From positions 306,337 through 370,336 of the forward strand of contig JADKGE010000003.1 of NCBI GenBank assembly GCA_016717115.1: a stretch of 64,000 nucleotides of DNA, in the 5' to 3' direction. Both the position numbers and the translations under genes were made by a program. Positions 35,213 through 45,127 of this stretch are shown piece after piece; within the stretch, counting starts at the first letter, position 1; every line of letters starts with the position of its first letter. The stretch comes from Actinomycetota bacterium. GTDB lineage: Bacteria; Actinomycetota; Actinomycetes; S36-B12. A model generated the notes under the pieces. The model was given only the letters and a program-made list of their open reading frames with translations, was not told the DNA's origin and searched no databases.

Positions 35213-35737
35213 CTAGGCGGACTGCGGTCGGCGATGACCGGACTTCAGGTGCTCGGTCGCGGCCTCCGACCTGCGCACCCGGGTGGCGGGCAGCTTCGCC
35301 TCCGCCACCCACCGGGCGTACTCCCGGCGGTGGGACGGCGCGAGCGCCTCGAAGGCGTCCTTGGCCTCGAGGTCGGTGCGCAGCCGGGCAGCGAGTTCGG
35401 GTGGCAGGTCGACCGTGCGAACAGTGTCGTCCTTCTTCACCTGCACGCGCACCCGGTCGCCAGCGCGGACGGCTGCGGCGTCACGAACGGTCGCGTTGAC
35501 CACGAGGTGGTAGGCGTCGCCGTACACCTGTGTCGTGGTGCGCCAGCTGTGCTCGTTGATCGTCACCCGCACGGGGCAGCGGGCCCGACCGAACAGCACC
35601 TTGACGTCGAAGGGGAGGGTGATGAAGGTCTGAGAGCCCGTCTCATCGGGACGCCAGACGTCGGCCTCGAAGTCGACGACGTCGGTCACCGGCCAAGTCT
35701 GGCCACGAAATGCGCGCTGCGCAGCCGATCCGGCCAT
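35213..35737 (-). CDS. DUF1905 / YdeI-family protein
   Basis: FITLPFDVKVLFGRARCPVRVTINEHSWRTT (DUF1905-like beta-barrel) plus C-terminal FEALAPSHRREYARWVAEAK (YdeI-like). Confidence 0.6.
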   Translation of the reverse strand: MAGSAAQRAFRGQTWPVTDVVDFEADVWRPDETGSQTFITLPFDVKVLFGRARCPVRVTINEHSWRTTTQVYGDAYHLVVNATVRDAAAVRAGDRVRVQVKKDDTVRTVDLPPELAARLRTDLEAKDAFEALAPSHRREYARWVAEAKLPATRVRRSEAATEHLKSGHRRPQSA

Positions 35738-35763
35738 TATGGTAACGAAATGGTGAAGGAATC

Positions 35764-36255
35764 GTGACGGGCACCGGGTCGACGCGAGTACGCCTGGCCG
35801 GGGCCGTGAGTGTCCTCGTGGTCGCTGCCGTGGCTCTCACGGCGTGCGGGGGCGGCGACGCCGATCCGTCGGCCTCCGCCTCCGGATCCGCCGGCGCGTC
35901 CAGCGCGAGCCGGCAGACCCTCCTGGATGCCCAGCAGCTCACCGTCTTGGACCAGCCCGTCAAGTACCCGAAGAAGAAGCCCGCTCAGGTGTCCAGCTCG
36001 ATCGTCCAGCTCGAGCCCGGGCAGGAGACCGGCTGGCGCAAGTACAACGCCCCCACGTACGCCTATGTGCTTGAGGGCACCATCTCCGTGGAGTACGACG
36101 CGGGCGTGACCAAGGAGTACCCCGCCGGCACGGCGCTGATGGAGGCCGAGGGCGTCTGGCAGAACGGCACCAACAAGGGCGACCAGCCCGTGCGGATGCT
36201 GCTCGTGAACATGGGCGCCAAGGGCGTCAAGAACACAGTCGAGCGAGCACCCTGA
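35764..36255 (+). CDS. Cupin-domain lipoprotein
   Basis: Lipobox LTACGG. Cupin-like core WRKYNAPTYAYVLEGTISVEYDAG...EYPAGTALMEAEGVWQNGTN. GTG start. Confidence 0.6.
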   Translation: MTGTGSTRVRLAGAVSVLVVAAVALTACGGGDADPSASASGSAGASSASRQTLLDAQQLTVLDQPVKYPKKKPAQVSSSIVQLEPGQETGWRKYNAPTYAYVLEGTISVEYDAGVTKEYPAGTALMEAEGVWQNGTNKGDQPVRMLLVNMGAKGVKNTVERAP

Positions 36256-36275
36256 TCCTTTGATCCGCGTGCGCC

Positions 36276-37514
36276 ATGGCACGGTGCCCTAGAGTCGGAC
36301 GGGTGCTGAGCGTGGACGACTACCGCAACAGCGTCCTCGAGGGTATCGGGGTCCTGTCACCCATCGAGCTGCCCCTGTCCTCGGCGCACGGCTGTGTTCT
36401 CGCGGCCGATGTGGCGTCCCCGTGGCCGCTGCCGTCGTTCGACAACTCGTCGATGGACGGCTACGCGGTGATCGCCGCCGACCTCACGTCGGCGACCGGG
36501 GAGCGGCCGGTGGAGCTGACCGTCATCGATGACGTACCGGCGGGCTTCCGGTCGACCGAGGTGGTGACTGCCGGCTCGGCGATCCGCATCATGACGGGTG
36601 CGCCGATGCCCGCCGGTGCCGATGCGGTCGTCCCGGTCGAGCGCACCGATGGTGGGACGCAGACCGTCCAGGTCACGGGTTCGGTAGAACGCGGGGCCCA
36701 CGTCAGGAGGGCCGGCGAGGACGTCGTCGCGGGCGAGCTGGTGCTGCCCAAGGGCACACTCATCGGCGCACGACAGGTGGCGATCCTGGCGGCTGTCGGG
36801 TGCGGGCTGGTGTTCGTGCACCCGCGTCCCCGCGTCGCCGTGATCTCCACGGGCTCCGAGCTTGTCGAGCCGGGCCTGCCGCTGCGCCACGGGCTCATCA
36901 GCGACAGCAACAGCTACCTGCTCGTCGCGGCCGCCAAGGAGGCGGGTGCGGATGCCTACCGGGTCGGCCCCATCGTCGACGACGAGACCCTCTTCCTGCG
37001 CACGGTCGAGGACCAGATCCATCGATGCGACCTCATCCTCACCAGCGGCGGGGTGAGCATGGGCGCCCACGACACGGTGAAGACCGTGCTCAGCGCGTTG
37101 GGCTCTGTGACGTTCACGAAGGTGGCCATGAACCCGGGCATGCCCCAGGGCCATGGCTTCGTGGGCGAGGAGCGAGTGCCGATCATCACGCTTCCGGGCA
37201 ACCCGGTAAGCAGCTACATCTCGTTCGAGAACTTCGTGCGGCCGGCGATCCGGCTGATGCGGGGACTGCCGGACCTCCTGCGGCCCCAGATGACGGCCGT
37301 CTGCGGGGCGGCACTGACCTCGCCCTTCGGCAAGCGTCAGTTCGCCCGGGCTCGCTTCCTGGCGTCAGGCGTGGTGCTGCCGACCGGCACGGGCCAGGGC
37401 TCGCATGTCATGGGCGGCCTGGCCAGCGCGGAGGCCCTCATCGTGATCCCCGAGGAGGTCACGGGAGTCGAGGCGGGTCAGACCGTCTCCGTCATCGACC
37501 TGCGGACGCGGTAG
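36276..37514 (+). CDS. moeA: Molybdopterin molybdotransferase
   Basis: SVDDYRNSVL...FDNSSMDGYAV...IRIMTGAPMPAGADAVV...ISTGSEL...SNSYLL...LILTSGGVSMG...LPGNPVSS, the classic MoeA motifs. An alternative GTG start is at 36303. Confidence 0.92.
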   Translation: MARCPRVGRVLSVDDYRNSVLEGIGVLSPIELPLSSAHGCVLAADVASPWPLPSFDNSSMDGYAVIAADLTSATGERPVELTVIDDVPAGFRSTEVVTAGSAIRIMTGAPMPAGADAVVPVERTDGGTQTVQVTGSVERGAHVRRAGEDVVAGELVLPKGTLIGARQVAILAAVGCGLVFVHPRPRVAVISTGSELVEPGLPLRHGLISDSNSYLLVAAAKEAGADAYRVGPIVDDETLFLRTVEDQIHRCDLILTSGGVSMGAHDTVKTVLSALGSVTFTKVAMNPGMPQGHGFVGEERVPIITLPGNPVSSYISFENFVRPAIRLMRGLPDLLRPQMTAVCGAALTSPFGKRQFARARFLASGVVLPTGTGQGSHVMGGLASAEALIVIPEEVTGVEAGQTVSVIDLRTR

Positions 37515-37521
37515 ACGGACG

Positions 37522-37872
37522 TCAGCGCAGGACCGCCGCCAGTTCCGCCAGTCGATCCGCGTTGACGGAGTACCAGGCCCAGGTGCCTCGCGTCGTGCGG
37601 TCGAGGAGACCAGCGTCCGTCAGGACCCTCAGGTGATGGCTGACCGTGGGTTGCGACAGCGCCAGGGGAACCGTGAGGTCGCACTGGCACACCTCACCGT
37701 CGGGGCTCGCCTTGATCAGCGACAGCACCTGCAGGCGAGCGGGGTCGGCGACCGCCTTGAGCAGTCGCGACAGGCGTTCCGCGGACTCGCGGTCCAGGGG
37801 AGTGGCCAGTCCGTTGGGGCAGCAGGCTGGCGCGCTCGCCAGGTCGACGCTCAGCGTTCGTGATCGGGGCAT
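37522..37872 (-). CDS. arsR: ArsR/SmtB-family metalloregulator
   Basis: LLKAVADPARLQVLSLI...GEVCQCDL...LSQPTVSHHLRVLTDAGL. ATG 37872 is preceded by GAAGGAG at 7 nt spacing. The track start GTG 37896 was rejected. Confidence 0.88.
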   Translation of the reverse strand: MPRSRTLSVDLASAPACCPNGLATPLDRESAERLSRLLKAVADPARLQVLSLIKASPDGEVCQCDLTVPLALSQPTVSHHLRVLTDAGLLDRTTRGTWAWYSVNADRLAELAAVLR

Positions 37873-37889
37873 CGGCGGGCTCCTTCGCA

Positions 37890-37930
37890 TTGACACCCGT
37901 CAATATAGCCGCGAGACTGTCAGATAGACA
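37890..37930. promoter_or_regulatory. Divergent arsR / cadI control region with two short palindromes
   Basis: TTGAC-accc-GTCAA (37890-37903) and TGTC-agata-GACA (37918-37930) lie in the 81-nt AT-richer gap between the divergent starts. Confidence 0.4.
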
Positions 37931-37953
37931 AGCATCAATAAAGGGAGTCAGCC

Positions 37954-38403
37954 ATGTCACGCGTCCAACTCGCCCTCAACGTGTCCGACCTCGAGGCGTC
38001 CATCGCGTTCTACTCCACCTTGTTCCAGGTCGAGCCCCACAAGCGCCGCAAGGGCTATGCGAACTTCGCGATCGCCGACCCGCCACTGAAACTCGTCCTC
38101 ATCGAGGTGCCGGCGGACCAGCGTGGCGCGGGCACCGTGAGTGCGCTGAACCACCTCGGCATCGAGGTGGACGCCGCCGAGACCGTCGATGTCGAGGCGC
38201 GCCGTCTCCAGGCGGCCGGACTCGTCGCGCTGGAGGAGAAGGACACGACCTGCTGCTACGCCCTCCAGGACAAGGTATGGGTCGATGATCCGGCCGGTGC
38301 GCCGTGGGAGGTCTACACGGTGAAGGACGACAACCCTGTTCTCGTCGTCGCCGAGGAAGCCGCCTGCTGCGTCGCCGTGCCCTCGTCTGGCTCCTGCTGC
38401 TAG
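37954..38403 (+). CDS. ArsI/CadI-family VOC (glyoxalase-fold) metalloprotein
   Basis: MSRVQLALNVSDLEASIAFYSTLF...PPLKLVLIE...LNHLGIEV...DTTCCYALQDKVWV (vicinal Cys pair). Cys-rich tail AACCVAVPSSGSCC. RBS AAGGGAG. Confidence 0.85.
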   Translation: MSRVQLALNVSDLEASIAFYSTLFQVEPHKRRKGYANFAIADPPLKLVLIEVPADQRGAGTVSALNHLGIEVDAAETVDVEARRLQAAGLVALEEKDTTCCYALQDKVWVDDPAGAPWEVYTVKDDNPVLVVAEEAACCVAVPSSGSCC

Positions 38404-38407
38404 GGCG

Positions 38408-39520
38408 ATGACCATCCCTGCGTCGTCCCCGTCCGCCCGGGCGGACGAGGAGGCCGTCCTTCGGCGCCTGTCCGTGCTCGACCGGTTCCTCCCGCTGTGG
38501 ATCCTCGCGGCGATGGCGGCCGGCCTGCTCATTGGGCGCTACCTGCCCGGTGTGCAGACCGGACTCGACGCGGTCAAGGTCGGACAGACGTCGCTGCCGA
38601 TCGCCCTGGGCCTGCTGCTGATGATGTACCCGGTGCTGGCCAAGGTGAAGTACGAGGACATGGGCCACGTCACCGGCGATCGCCGGCTCCTGTGGCTGTC
38701 GATCGTCCTCAACTGGGTGATCGGCCCGGCGCTGATGTTCACCCTGGCCTGGGTCTTCCTGCCGGACCAGCCGGCCTTCCGCACCGGACTGATCGTCATC
38801 GGACTGGCTCGATGCATCGCCATGGTGCTCATCTGGAACGACCTCGCGTGCGGCGACGGCGAGGCCGCCGTCCTCCTGGTGGCGATCAACTCGCTCTTCC
38901 AGATCGTCGCCTACGCCCTGCTGGGCACCTTCTACCTGACGATCCTGCCCGGGTGGCTGGGCCTGGACACCCAGGACGTCACGTTCTCCACCTGGGAGAT
39001 CACCAAGGCGGTGCTGATCTTCCTCGGGATCCCGCTGGTGGCCGGGTACCTCACCCGCCGCATCGGTCTGCGCCGGAAGGGCCGTGACTGGTACGAGAGC
39101 AAGTTCCTGCCCCGGATCGGTCCGTTCGCGCTCTACGGGCTGCTGTTCACCATCGTGGTCATGTTCGCGCTGCAGGGCGACGCGATCCTCAGCGACCCGC
39201 TCTCGGTCGTCCAGATCGCCATCCCCCTCCTCGTCTACTTCGCGCTCATGTGGAGCGTGTCCTTCTTCCTCGGTGTGCGGGCGCACCTGGGCTATCCCAA
39301 GACGGCCACCGTGGCCTTCACCGCGGCGGGCAACAACTTCGAACTGGCCATCGCGGTGAGCATCGGGGTGTGGGGTGTCACGTCCGGACAGGCTCTGGCC
39401 GGCGTGATCGGACCCTTGATCGAGGTGCCCGCCCTGGTGGCGCTGGTCTATGTGAGCCTGTGGCTGCGCCGTCGGATGCAATCGTCGGGTCGCTTCGACA
39501 CGGCCAGAGAAGTCACCTGA
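38408..39520 (+). CDS. acr3: ACR3-family arsenite efflux permease
   Basis: 370 aa, 10 TM helices. LSVLDRFLPLWILAAM, LARCIAMVLIWNDLA and FTAAGNNFELAIAV are ACR3 signatures. Confidence 0.9.
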   Translation: MTIPASSPSARADEEAVLRRLSVLDRFLPLWILAAMAAGLLIGRYLPGVQTGLDAVKVGQTSLPIALGLLLMMYPVLAKVKYEDMGHVTGDRRLLWLSIVLNWVIGPALMFTLAWVFLPDQPAFRTGLIVIGLARCIAMVLIWNDLACGDGEAAVLLVAINSLFQIVAYALLGTFYLTILPGWLGLDTQDVTFSTWEITKAVLIFLGIPLVAGYLTRRIGLRRKGRDWYESKFLPRIGPFALYGLLFTIVVMFALQGDAILSDPLSVVQIAIPLLVYFALMWSVSFFLGVRAHLGYPKTATVAFTAAGNNFELAIAVSIGVWGVTSGQALAGVIGPLIEVPALVALVYVSLWLRRRMQSSGRFDTAREVT

Positions 39521-39533
39521 GTCGGCACCTTTC

Positions 39534-39566
39534 GTTCATCACTTGTTCACTTATCGTTCATCTAAT
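39534..39566 (+). promoter_or_regulatory. PHO box array (three 11-nt direct repeat units) upstream of pit
   Basis: GTTCATCACTT GTTCACTTATC GTTCATCTAAT. GTTCA recurs at 39534, 39545 and 39556, exactly 11 nt apart. Weaker units occur at 39639-39660. Confidence 0.65.
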
Positions 39567-39724
39567 CGCGCCCACACAGCGCGACTCGGACCATTTCGTG
39601 CCTACAGAATGCGCAGACGACGAATCCGTTAGGCATTCGTTCATTCTCGGTACACCTTCGGGTGATATGTCGCACTAACGTTGCATTCGTTCCCGGTCGA
39701 ACTTGCCTAGGAGGCACGAGGGTT

Positions 39725-40906
39725 TTGGATATTCTCTTGATCAGCGTCGTGGCGATCGTCGCGCTCGCCCTCGTGTTCGACTTCACCAACGGCTTCCATG
39801 ACGCGGCCAACTCGGTCGCCACCGTCGTGGCTACCCGGGCCTTGCCGGCCAAGTGGGCCCCGGCCTTCTCGGCCTTCTTCAACTTCCTTGCGTACTTCGT
39901 CGTGGGCACCGCCGTTGCCAACACAGTCGCCAAGACGGTCAAGGGCGATTTCGTGGGAGTGGCCGTCATCTTCGCCGCAGTGTTTGCGGCCGTCGCGTGG
40001 AACTACGCCACGTGGCGGTTCGGAATGCCGTCGTCCTCCAGCCACGCCATCATCGGCGGCCTGGTGGGTGCCGGCCTTGCGGCGGGCGGGTTCAGCGCCA
40101 TCGACTGGTCCAGCGTCTCGAAGGCCGGCATCGGCATCATCCTGTCGCCCGCGGTCGCTTTCGGTATCGCCTTCGTAGCCATGTACCTGGTCCTCGGCAT
40201 CCAGCGACTCACCAAGCTCCACGACAACCACCCCGTCTTCAAGGGCCTTCAGCTCGTGTCCGCCGGAGCGGTCTCCTTCGGCCACGGGGCGAACGACGCC
40301 CAGAAGACGATGGGGGTCATCGCCGCTCTCCTCCTCGGTGCTGGCTACTCCGAGATCGGTGAAGACGGGAAGACCATCGTCGTTCCCGAATGGGTGGCCC
40401 TGTCGGCCTACAGCGCCATCGCTCTCGGCACCCTGTGGGGCGGCTGGAAGATCATCGAGACGATGGGCCTTCGCCTGACCACCCTGCACGCCAACTCGGG
40501 CCTTGCCGCCAATATCGGCGCCACGACAGCCATCTTCGGCGCCACGGCTGTGGGCATGCCCATCTCGACCACTCACGCCGCCGCCTCATCGATCGTCGGC
40601 GCGGGCGTCTCCTCCGGCAAAGGCGCGAACTGGAAGGTCGTCGGCGAGATGGTGATCGCCTGGGTCATCACGATTCCTGCCGCCGCCACCGTGGCGTTCA
40701 TCATGTTCCACCTCACCCAACTGCCGACGATCCTCGCCTTCGTGGCCGTGGGCGCGGTGCTCATCGGGTTCGGCGCCTGGGCCGTGTACGCGATGATGCA
40801 CACGATCCACGCGAGCGACGTCGAGGCCGAGATCCTGCCGGAGGAAGTGCTGGCCGAGCCGGTGAGCGGACATCCGCACATCGAGGGTCACGGCCCGGTC
40901 GACTGA
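39725..40906 (+). CDS. pit: Inorganic phosphate transporter, PiT family
   Basis: LVFDFTNGFHDAANSVATVV and HGANDAQKTMG are PHO4/PiT signatures. Start placed at TTG 39725, 10 nt after GGAGG. The track start 39662 is unlikely. Confidence 0.85.
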   Translation: MDILLISVVAIVALALVFDFTNGFHDAANSVATVVATRALPAKWAPAFSAFFNFLAYFVVGTAVANTVAKTVKGDFVGVAVIFAAVFAAVAWNYATWRFGMPSSSSHAIIGGLVGAGLAAGGFSAIDWSSVSKAGIGIILSPAVAFGIAFVAMYLVLGIQRLTKLHDNHPVFKGLQLVSAGAVSFGHGANDAQKTMGVIAALLLGAGYSEIGEDGKTIVVPEWVALSAYSAIALGTLWGGWKIIETMGLRLTTLHANSGLAANIGATTAIFGATAVGMPISTTHAAASSIVGAGVSSGKGANWKVVGEMVIAWVITIPAAATVAFIMFHLTQLPTILAFVAVGAVLIGFGAWAVYAMMHTIHASDVEAEILPEEVLAEPVSGHPHIEGHGPVD

Positions 40907-40918
40907 TCGCGGCCCGTC

Positions 40919-40951
40919 GTTCACGGGCTGTTCACCCTGAGTTGCCGGTTG
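40919..40951 (+). promoter_or_regulatory. PHO box array upstream of pstC
   Basis: GTTCACGGGCT GTTCACCCTGA GTTGCCGGTTG. Three units in exact 11-nt phase (40919, 40930, 40941), starting 13 nt after the pit stop. Confidence 0.6.
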
Positions 40952-41002
40952 CGTTGATCAACGGTCACCTGCCGTCCACGCCGGAGCACAACACTCGGGG
41001 TC

Positions 41003-41965
41003 ATGGCAGACGTGGGGGCGCCCGAGCTTCGCGACCTGCAATCGGCCGCCACGTCGCACCGTGGGGATCGGGTCTTCAACCGGACCATCACGGCGGCTGC
41101 CTTCGTCGCGCTCTTGGTGCTGGCCGGCATAACGATCTTCCTCGGAGCTCAGGCCATCCCCGTACTGCAGACGCAGGGCATGGACTTCCTCACCACGTCG
41201 ATCTGGGATCCGCCCAACTACGGCATCTGGGGCATGCTCTACGGATCGCTGCTCCTGGCAGTGATCGCCCTGGTCATCGCCGTCCCGGCGTCACTGCTGC
41301 TGTCGGTCTTCATGGTCTTCCTGGCGCCGTCGGGCGTCGCCAAGGTGCTCACCAACCTGGTCGACCTCATGGCAGCCATCCCGAGCGTCATCCTCGGCCT
41401 GTGGGCGTTCTACGTTCTCGCTCCGGTCTCCGAGCAGTGGCAGCAGTTGCTCAACCAGTACCTGGGGTGGATCCCGATCTTCCAGAACGAGAGCGGCAAC
41501 TTCAGCGGTACGCCGTTCACCGCCGGCTTCGTCCTGGCGATCATGATGATCCCGATCGTGACCTCGGTGACCCGCGAAGTGCTGGGCCGCACCCCGCCCG
41601 AGCTCATCAACGCGTCTGAAGCGCTGGGCTGCTCGTTGTGGACCATGCTCCGGTACGTCGCCCTTCCGTACGGTCGAGGTGGGCTCGTCGGCGGCGTGAT
41701 GCTGGGCCTGGGTCGCGCCCTGGGCGAGACCATCGCGGTGTTCTTCGTAATCAAGATCGCCTTCGATCCGGTGAACTACTACAACATCATCGAGTCCGGG
41801 GGCGGATCGGTCGCGACGCTCATCGTCTCCAAGTTCGGTGAGGCATCCGGACCGTATGAGACCCAGCTGCTGCTCGCGGCCGGCTTCTTCCTGTTCATGG
41901 GGACCCTCGCCGTCAACGTGATCGCCAACCTCATCGTGAACCGGACGGGACGGCTCCAGTCATGA
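41003..41965 (+). CDS. pstC: Phosphate ABC transporter permease PstC
   Basis: 320 aa, 6 TM helices. LMAAIPSVILGLW and the EAA-loop region EALGCSLWTMLRYVALP. Confidence 0.9.
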   Translation: MADVGAPELRDLQSAATSHRGDRVFNRTITAAAFVALLVLAGITIFLGAQAIPVLQTQGMDFLTTSIWDPPNYGIWGMLYGSLLLAVIALVIAVPASLLLSVFMVFLAPSGVAKVLTNLVDLMAAIPSVILGLWAFYVLAPVSEQWQQLLNQYLGWIPIFQNESGNFSGTPFTAGFVLAIMMIPIVTSVTREVLGRTPPELINASEALGCSLWTMLRYVALPYGRGGLVGGVMLGLGRALGETIAVFFVIKIAFDPVNYYNIIESGGGSVATLIVSKFGEASGPYETQLLLAAGFFLFMGTLAVNVIANLIVNRTGRLQS

Positions 41966-43047
41966 GTTCCACCATCACGTTCGACGCCGAGTCGCTGCCC
42001 CGGCTCGAAGAGCAGAAGCCGCAGACGCCGTGGGGCCGACGCACGTCCAGGTTCCGCACCGTCGTCATCCTCGCGGTACTCATTCCCGCGATGGTCGCGA
42101 CGATGCTGTTCTGGTTCTCGGCGATCGCGGGGCCGATCATCGTGGTGGCCATCTACCTTCCCCTGCAGATCATCGCCGCCGTCCTCGCCGCGGTCGCGGT
42201 GCGCGGGACGAAGTCGGCCGGAGATGCCGTCATCATCGTGTCGGCGATCGCAGCCACGATCTTCAGCCTCATCGTGCTCGTGTCTGTGCTCTGGTCGATC
42301 GTCACGAAGGGCATGCAGGCGCTGAGCGCGGCCTTCATCTTCCAGAACAACGAGTACATCAGCCCGAGCACGCCGCTCGGGTACGGCGGCGTCGGCCACG
42401 CGATTCTGGGCACCGTGCTGATCGTGTCCATCTCGGCACTGATCGCCGTCCCGCTCGGCGTGATGACGGCGATCTACATCACGGAGGTGCGAGGCCGAGC
42501 GGTCCCGTACGTGAGGTTCTTCGTCCAGGCCATGAGCGGCGTGCCGTCAGTCGTCGCAGGCCTGTTCATCCTCACCGTCCTGATCCTCACGGGCGTTCTC
42601 GACAACAGCGCGTTCGCGGCGGGGCTGGCCTACTCCATCCTCATGCTGCCGACCGTGGCGCGCACCGCGGAAGAGGTTCTGAAACTGGTCCCCGACGACC
42701 TTCGGACGGGGGCCCTCGCGCTCGGCTCCACTCGGGCGCGGGTCGTGCTCAGGGTCGTCGTGCCGGCCGCCAAGACGGGCATCATCACGGCCGCCATCCT
42801 GGGCGTGGCGCGGGTCGTGGGCGAGACCGCACCCCTGCTGCTCACTGCGCTCAAGAATGACAAGACGGTGCTCAACCCCTTCTCCGAGCCGATCAGTGCA
42901 CTGCCCACCTACATCTTCACGAATGTCGCGCAGCCCTATCCCGATGCCGTGATCCGAGCATGGGGAGCCGCGCTGACCCTCATGGTCATCGTCGCGGTCC
43001 TGTTCACCCTGACCCGAATGCTCTCAACGAAGCGCCCCGGCAAGTAG
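41962..43047 (+). CDS. pstA: Phosphate ABC transporter permease PstA
   Basis: ATGA overlap with pst[45 protein letters not shown] is typical PstA. Confidence 0.9.
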   Translation: MSSTITFDAESLPRLEEQKPQTPWGRRTSRFRTVVILAVLIPAMVATMLFWFSAIAGPIIVVAIYLPLQIIAAVLAAVAVRGTKSAGDAVIIVSAIAATIFSLIVLVSVLWSIVTKGMQALSAAFIFQNNEYISPSTPLGYGGVGHAILGTVLIVSISALIAVPLGVMTAIYITEVRGRAVPYVRFFVQAMSGVPSVVAGLFILTVLILTGVLDNSAFAAGLAYSILMLPTVARTAEEVLKLVPDDLRTGALALGSTRARVVLRVVVPAAKTGIITAAILGVARVVGETAPLLLTALKNDKTVLNPFSEPISALPTYIFTNVAQPYPDAVIRAWGAALTLMVIVAVLFTLTRMLSTKRPGK

Positions 43048-43060
43048 AGAGAGGGAACCT

Positions 43061-43900
43061 GTGTCCACCGCCGAGTACGAGGACGTGTCGATGATGGAAG
43101 CCGATCTGGCCATGACGGCGGCCACGTCCGCGCGCACCGAGATGGAGACGCGCGACGTGAGCGTGTGGTTCGGGAAGCGCAAGGTGCTCGAGGGTGTCAA
43201 CATCGCCTTCCCGAAGAACACCGTGACCGCGCTCATCGGACCGTCAGGCTGCGGCAAGTCGACGTTCATCCGGACCCTCAACCGCCTGCATGAGCTCATC
43301 CCGACGGCGGCGCTCGCGGGCGAGGTTCTGTACGAGGGGAACGACATCTACTCGCCCGAGGTCGATCCGGTGCACATCCGGCTCAAGATCGGCATGGTGT
43401 TCCAGAAGCCGAACCCCTTCCCGAGCATGACGATCCGCGGCAACGTGCTGTCCGGTCTCAAGCTGTCCGGGATGAAGCGACCCAACCACGACGACATCGT
43501 GGAGCAGACCCTCACCGCTGCCGGACTGTGGAACGAGGTGAAGGACCGCCTCAACAATGCGGCCGGGGACCTGTCCGGCGGTCAGCAGCAGCGCCTGGTC
43601 ATCGCTCGGTCCCTCGCCGTCAACCCGAGCGTCCTGCTCATGGATGAGCCGTGCTCGGCCCTGGACCCGGGATCGACCCTCAAGATCGAGGAGACGATCC
43701 GGGAGCTGTCTAGGGACATCACCATCATCATCGTCACCCACAACATGCAGCAGGCGGTTCGCGTTGCCGACAACACGGCGTTCTTCCTCGCCACGGACGG
43801 CAATCCAGGCCACGTGGTGGAGCAGGGCCCGACGACGGAGATCTTCGGCAACCCGCAGGACCAGCGCACGCTCGACTACGTCAACGGACGATTCGGTTAA
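43061..43900 (+). CDS. pstB: Phosphate ABC transporter ATP-binding protein PstB
   Basis: [53 protein letters not shown]. Confidence 0.95.
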   Translation: MSTAEYEDVSMMEADLAMTAATSARTEMETRDVSVWFGKRKVLEGVNIAFPKNTVTALIGPSGCGKSTFIRTLNRLHELIPTAALAGEVLYEGNDIYSPEVDPVHIRLKIGMVFQKPNPFPSMTIRGNVLSGLKLSGMKRPNHDDIVEQTLTAAGLWNEVKDRLNNAAGDLSGGQQQRLVIARSLAVNPSVLLMDEPCSALDPGSTLKIEETIRELSRDITIIIVTHNMQQAVRVADNTAFFLATDGNPGHVVEQGPTTEIFGNPQDQRTLDYVNGRFG

Positions 43901-43932
43901 CCCGCTGTTCACCCGTACATCCACTGTTCACC
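43896..43932 (+). promoter_or_regulatory. PHO boxes upstream of pstS (overlapping the pstB stop codon)
   Basis: GTTAACCCGCT GTTCACCCGTA in 11-nt phase (43896, 43907), plus a third GTTCACC at 43926. Confidence 0.6.
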
Positions 43933-44029
43933 CAGGCGTTGGGCCGAGGTCACGCAGGGCACACCTGCGGGTCATCGAGGCTTCCTAGCGTGCAGGGTGT
44001 TGAACCAATCACCTACGAAGGAGAAACCA

Positions 44030-45085
44030 GTGCGTCGCACTCTTGCGATTCTGGCCAGCGCTGCGGTCGCCGTTTCGACGATCGCCCTCGCTGCCCCCGC
44101 CAACGCGGCCAACACCATCAGCGGTGGTGGAGCCTCGTTCCCCTACCCGTTCCTGTCGCAGTGTGCGGCGGACTTCAATGCCTCGCAGACGAACTTCGAC
44201 ATCCAGTACACGTCGACCGGATCGGGCACGGGCAAGTCCAACTTCACCAAGGGCCAGTTCGTATACGCCCAGACCGACAGCAAGTACTCGTCGGGTGAGC
44301 CCACGTTCGACTGGGAGTACATCCCGAACATCGGAGGAGCGATCGCCTTCCCGATCAACCTCAAGAACGCGAAGACCGGTCGTTCGCTCGGCTCCTCGAT
44401 CCAGCTCAAGCAGACCACGCTCTCGAAGCTGCTGTCGGGCAACCTGACCACGTGGCGTGCCCCCGAGATCCTGAACGACAATCCGCGCATCGCGGCGGCC
44501 ATCCCCAACGTCCCGGTCACCGTGGCCTACCGCTCGGGCAACTCCGGAACGTCGAACAACACGCTGCAGTACCTGAACGCGTGGGCGCCGACGATCTGGT
44601 CGAAGGTCCAGGATGACTTCTCCACGGCATTCCCCGGCGGGAAGCCGCCGGCCAGCTCGGTCTCCGGCAAGGACAACGCCGCGGTGCTCTCGCTGGTCGC
44701 CGGCAAGCCGGGCGCCATCGGGTACGTCGATCTCGGCGACGCGAAGGGCTACCCGTCGGCACGCATCCAGAACGCCAAGGGCGAGTTCGTGGCTCCCACG
44801 TCATCCTCGGCCGGCAAGAACCTCGCCAACCAGACGAACATCGCCACGAACGGACTGGTGACGTTGAACTACAAGCTGCCGGTTTCTGGCGCGTACCCGG
44901 TGGCGATCTTCAGCTACATGCTCGTCCGCACCGACGGCAAGGGCCCCAACGGCCTGGGCGTCCGTCAGTTCGCCGACTACGTCCTGCAGAAGTGCGGCCC
45001 GTCACGCGCACCCGGGCTCGGGTACGTGGCCGTGGGCGGCGCAGTACTGGCCAAGGCCAAGACACTCGCACTCAACATCAAGTAG
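44030..45085 (+). CDS. pstS: Phosphate-binding protein PstS
   Basis: GTG 44030 follows AAGGAGAAACCA. Signal peptide VRRTLAILASAAVAVSTIALAAPANA. GGGASFPYPF, YTSTGSGTG and YRSGNSGTSNN are the PstS phosphate-binding loops. Confidence 0.85.
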   Translation: MRRTLAILASAAVAVSTIALAAPANAANTISGGGASFPYPFLSQCAADFNASQTNFDIQYTSTGSGTGKSNFTKGQFVYAQTDSKYSSGEPTFDWEYIPNIGGAIAFPINLKNAKTGRSLGSSIQLKQTTLSKLLSGNLTTWRAPEILNDNPRIAAAIPNVPVTVAYRSGNSGTSNNTLQYLNAWAPTIWSKVQDDFSTAFPGGKPPASSVSGKDNAAVLSLVAGKPGAIGYVDLGDAKGYPSARIQNAKGEFVAPTSSSAGKNLANQTNIATNGLVTLNYKLPVSGAYPVAIFSYMLVRTDGKGPNGLGVRQFADYVLQKCGPSRAPGLGYVAVGGAVLAKAKTLALNIK

Positions 45086-45127
45086 TCGCACCACAGCACT
45101 GCTGAACAGAATCGACGCAGCGTAAGG

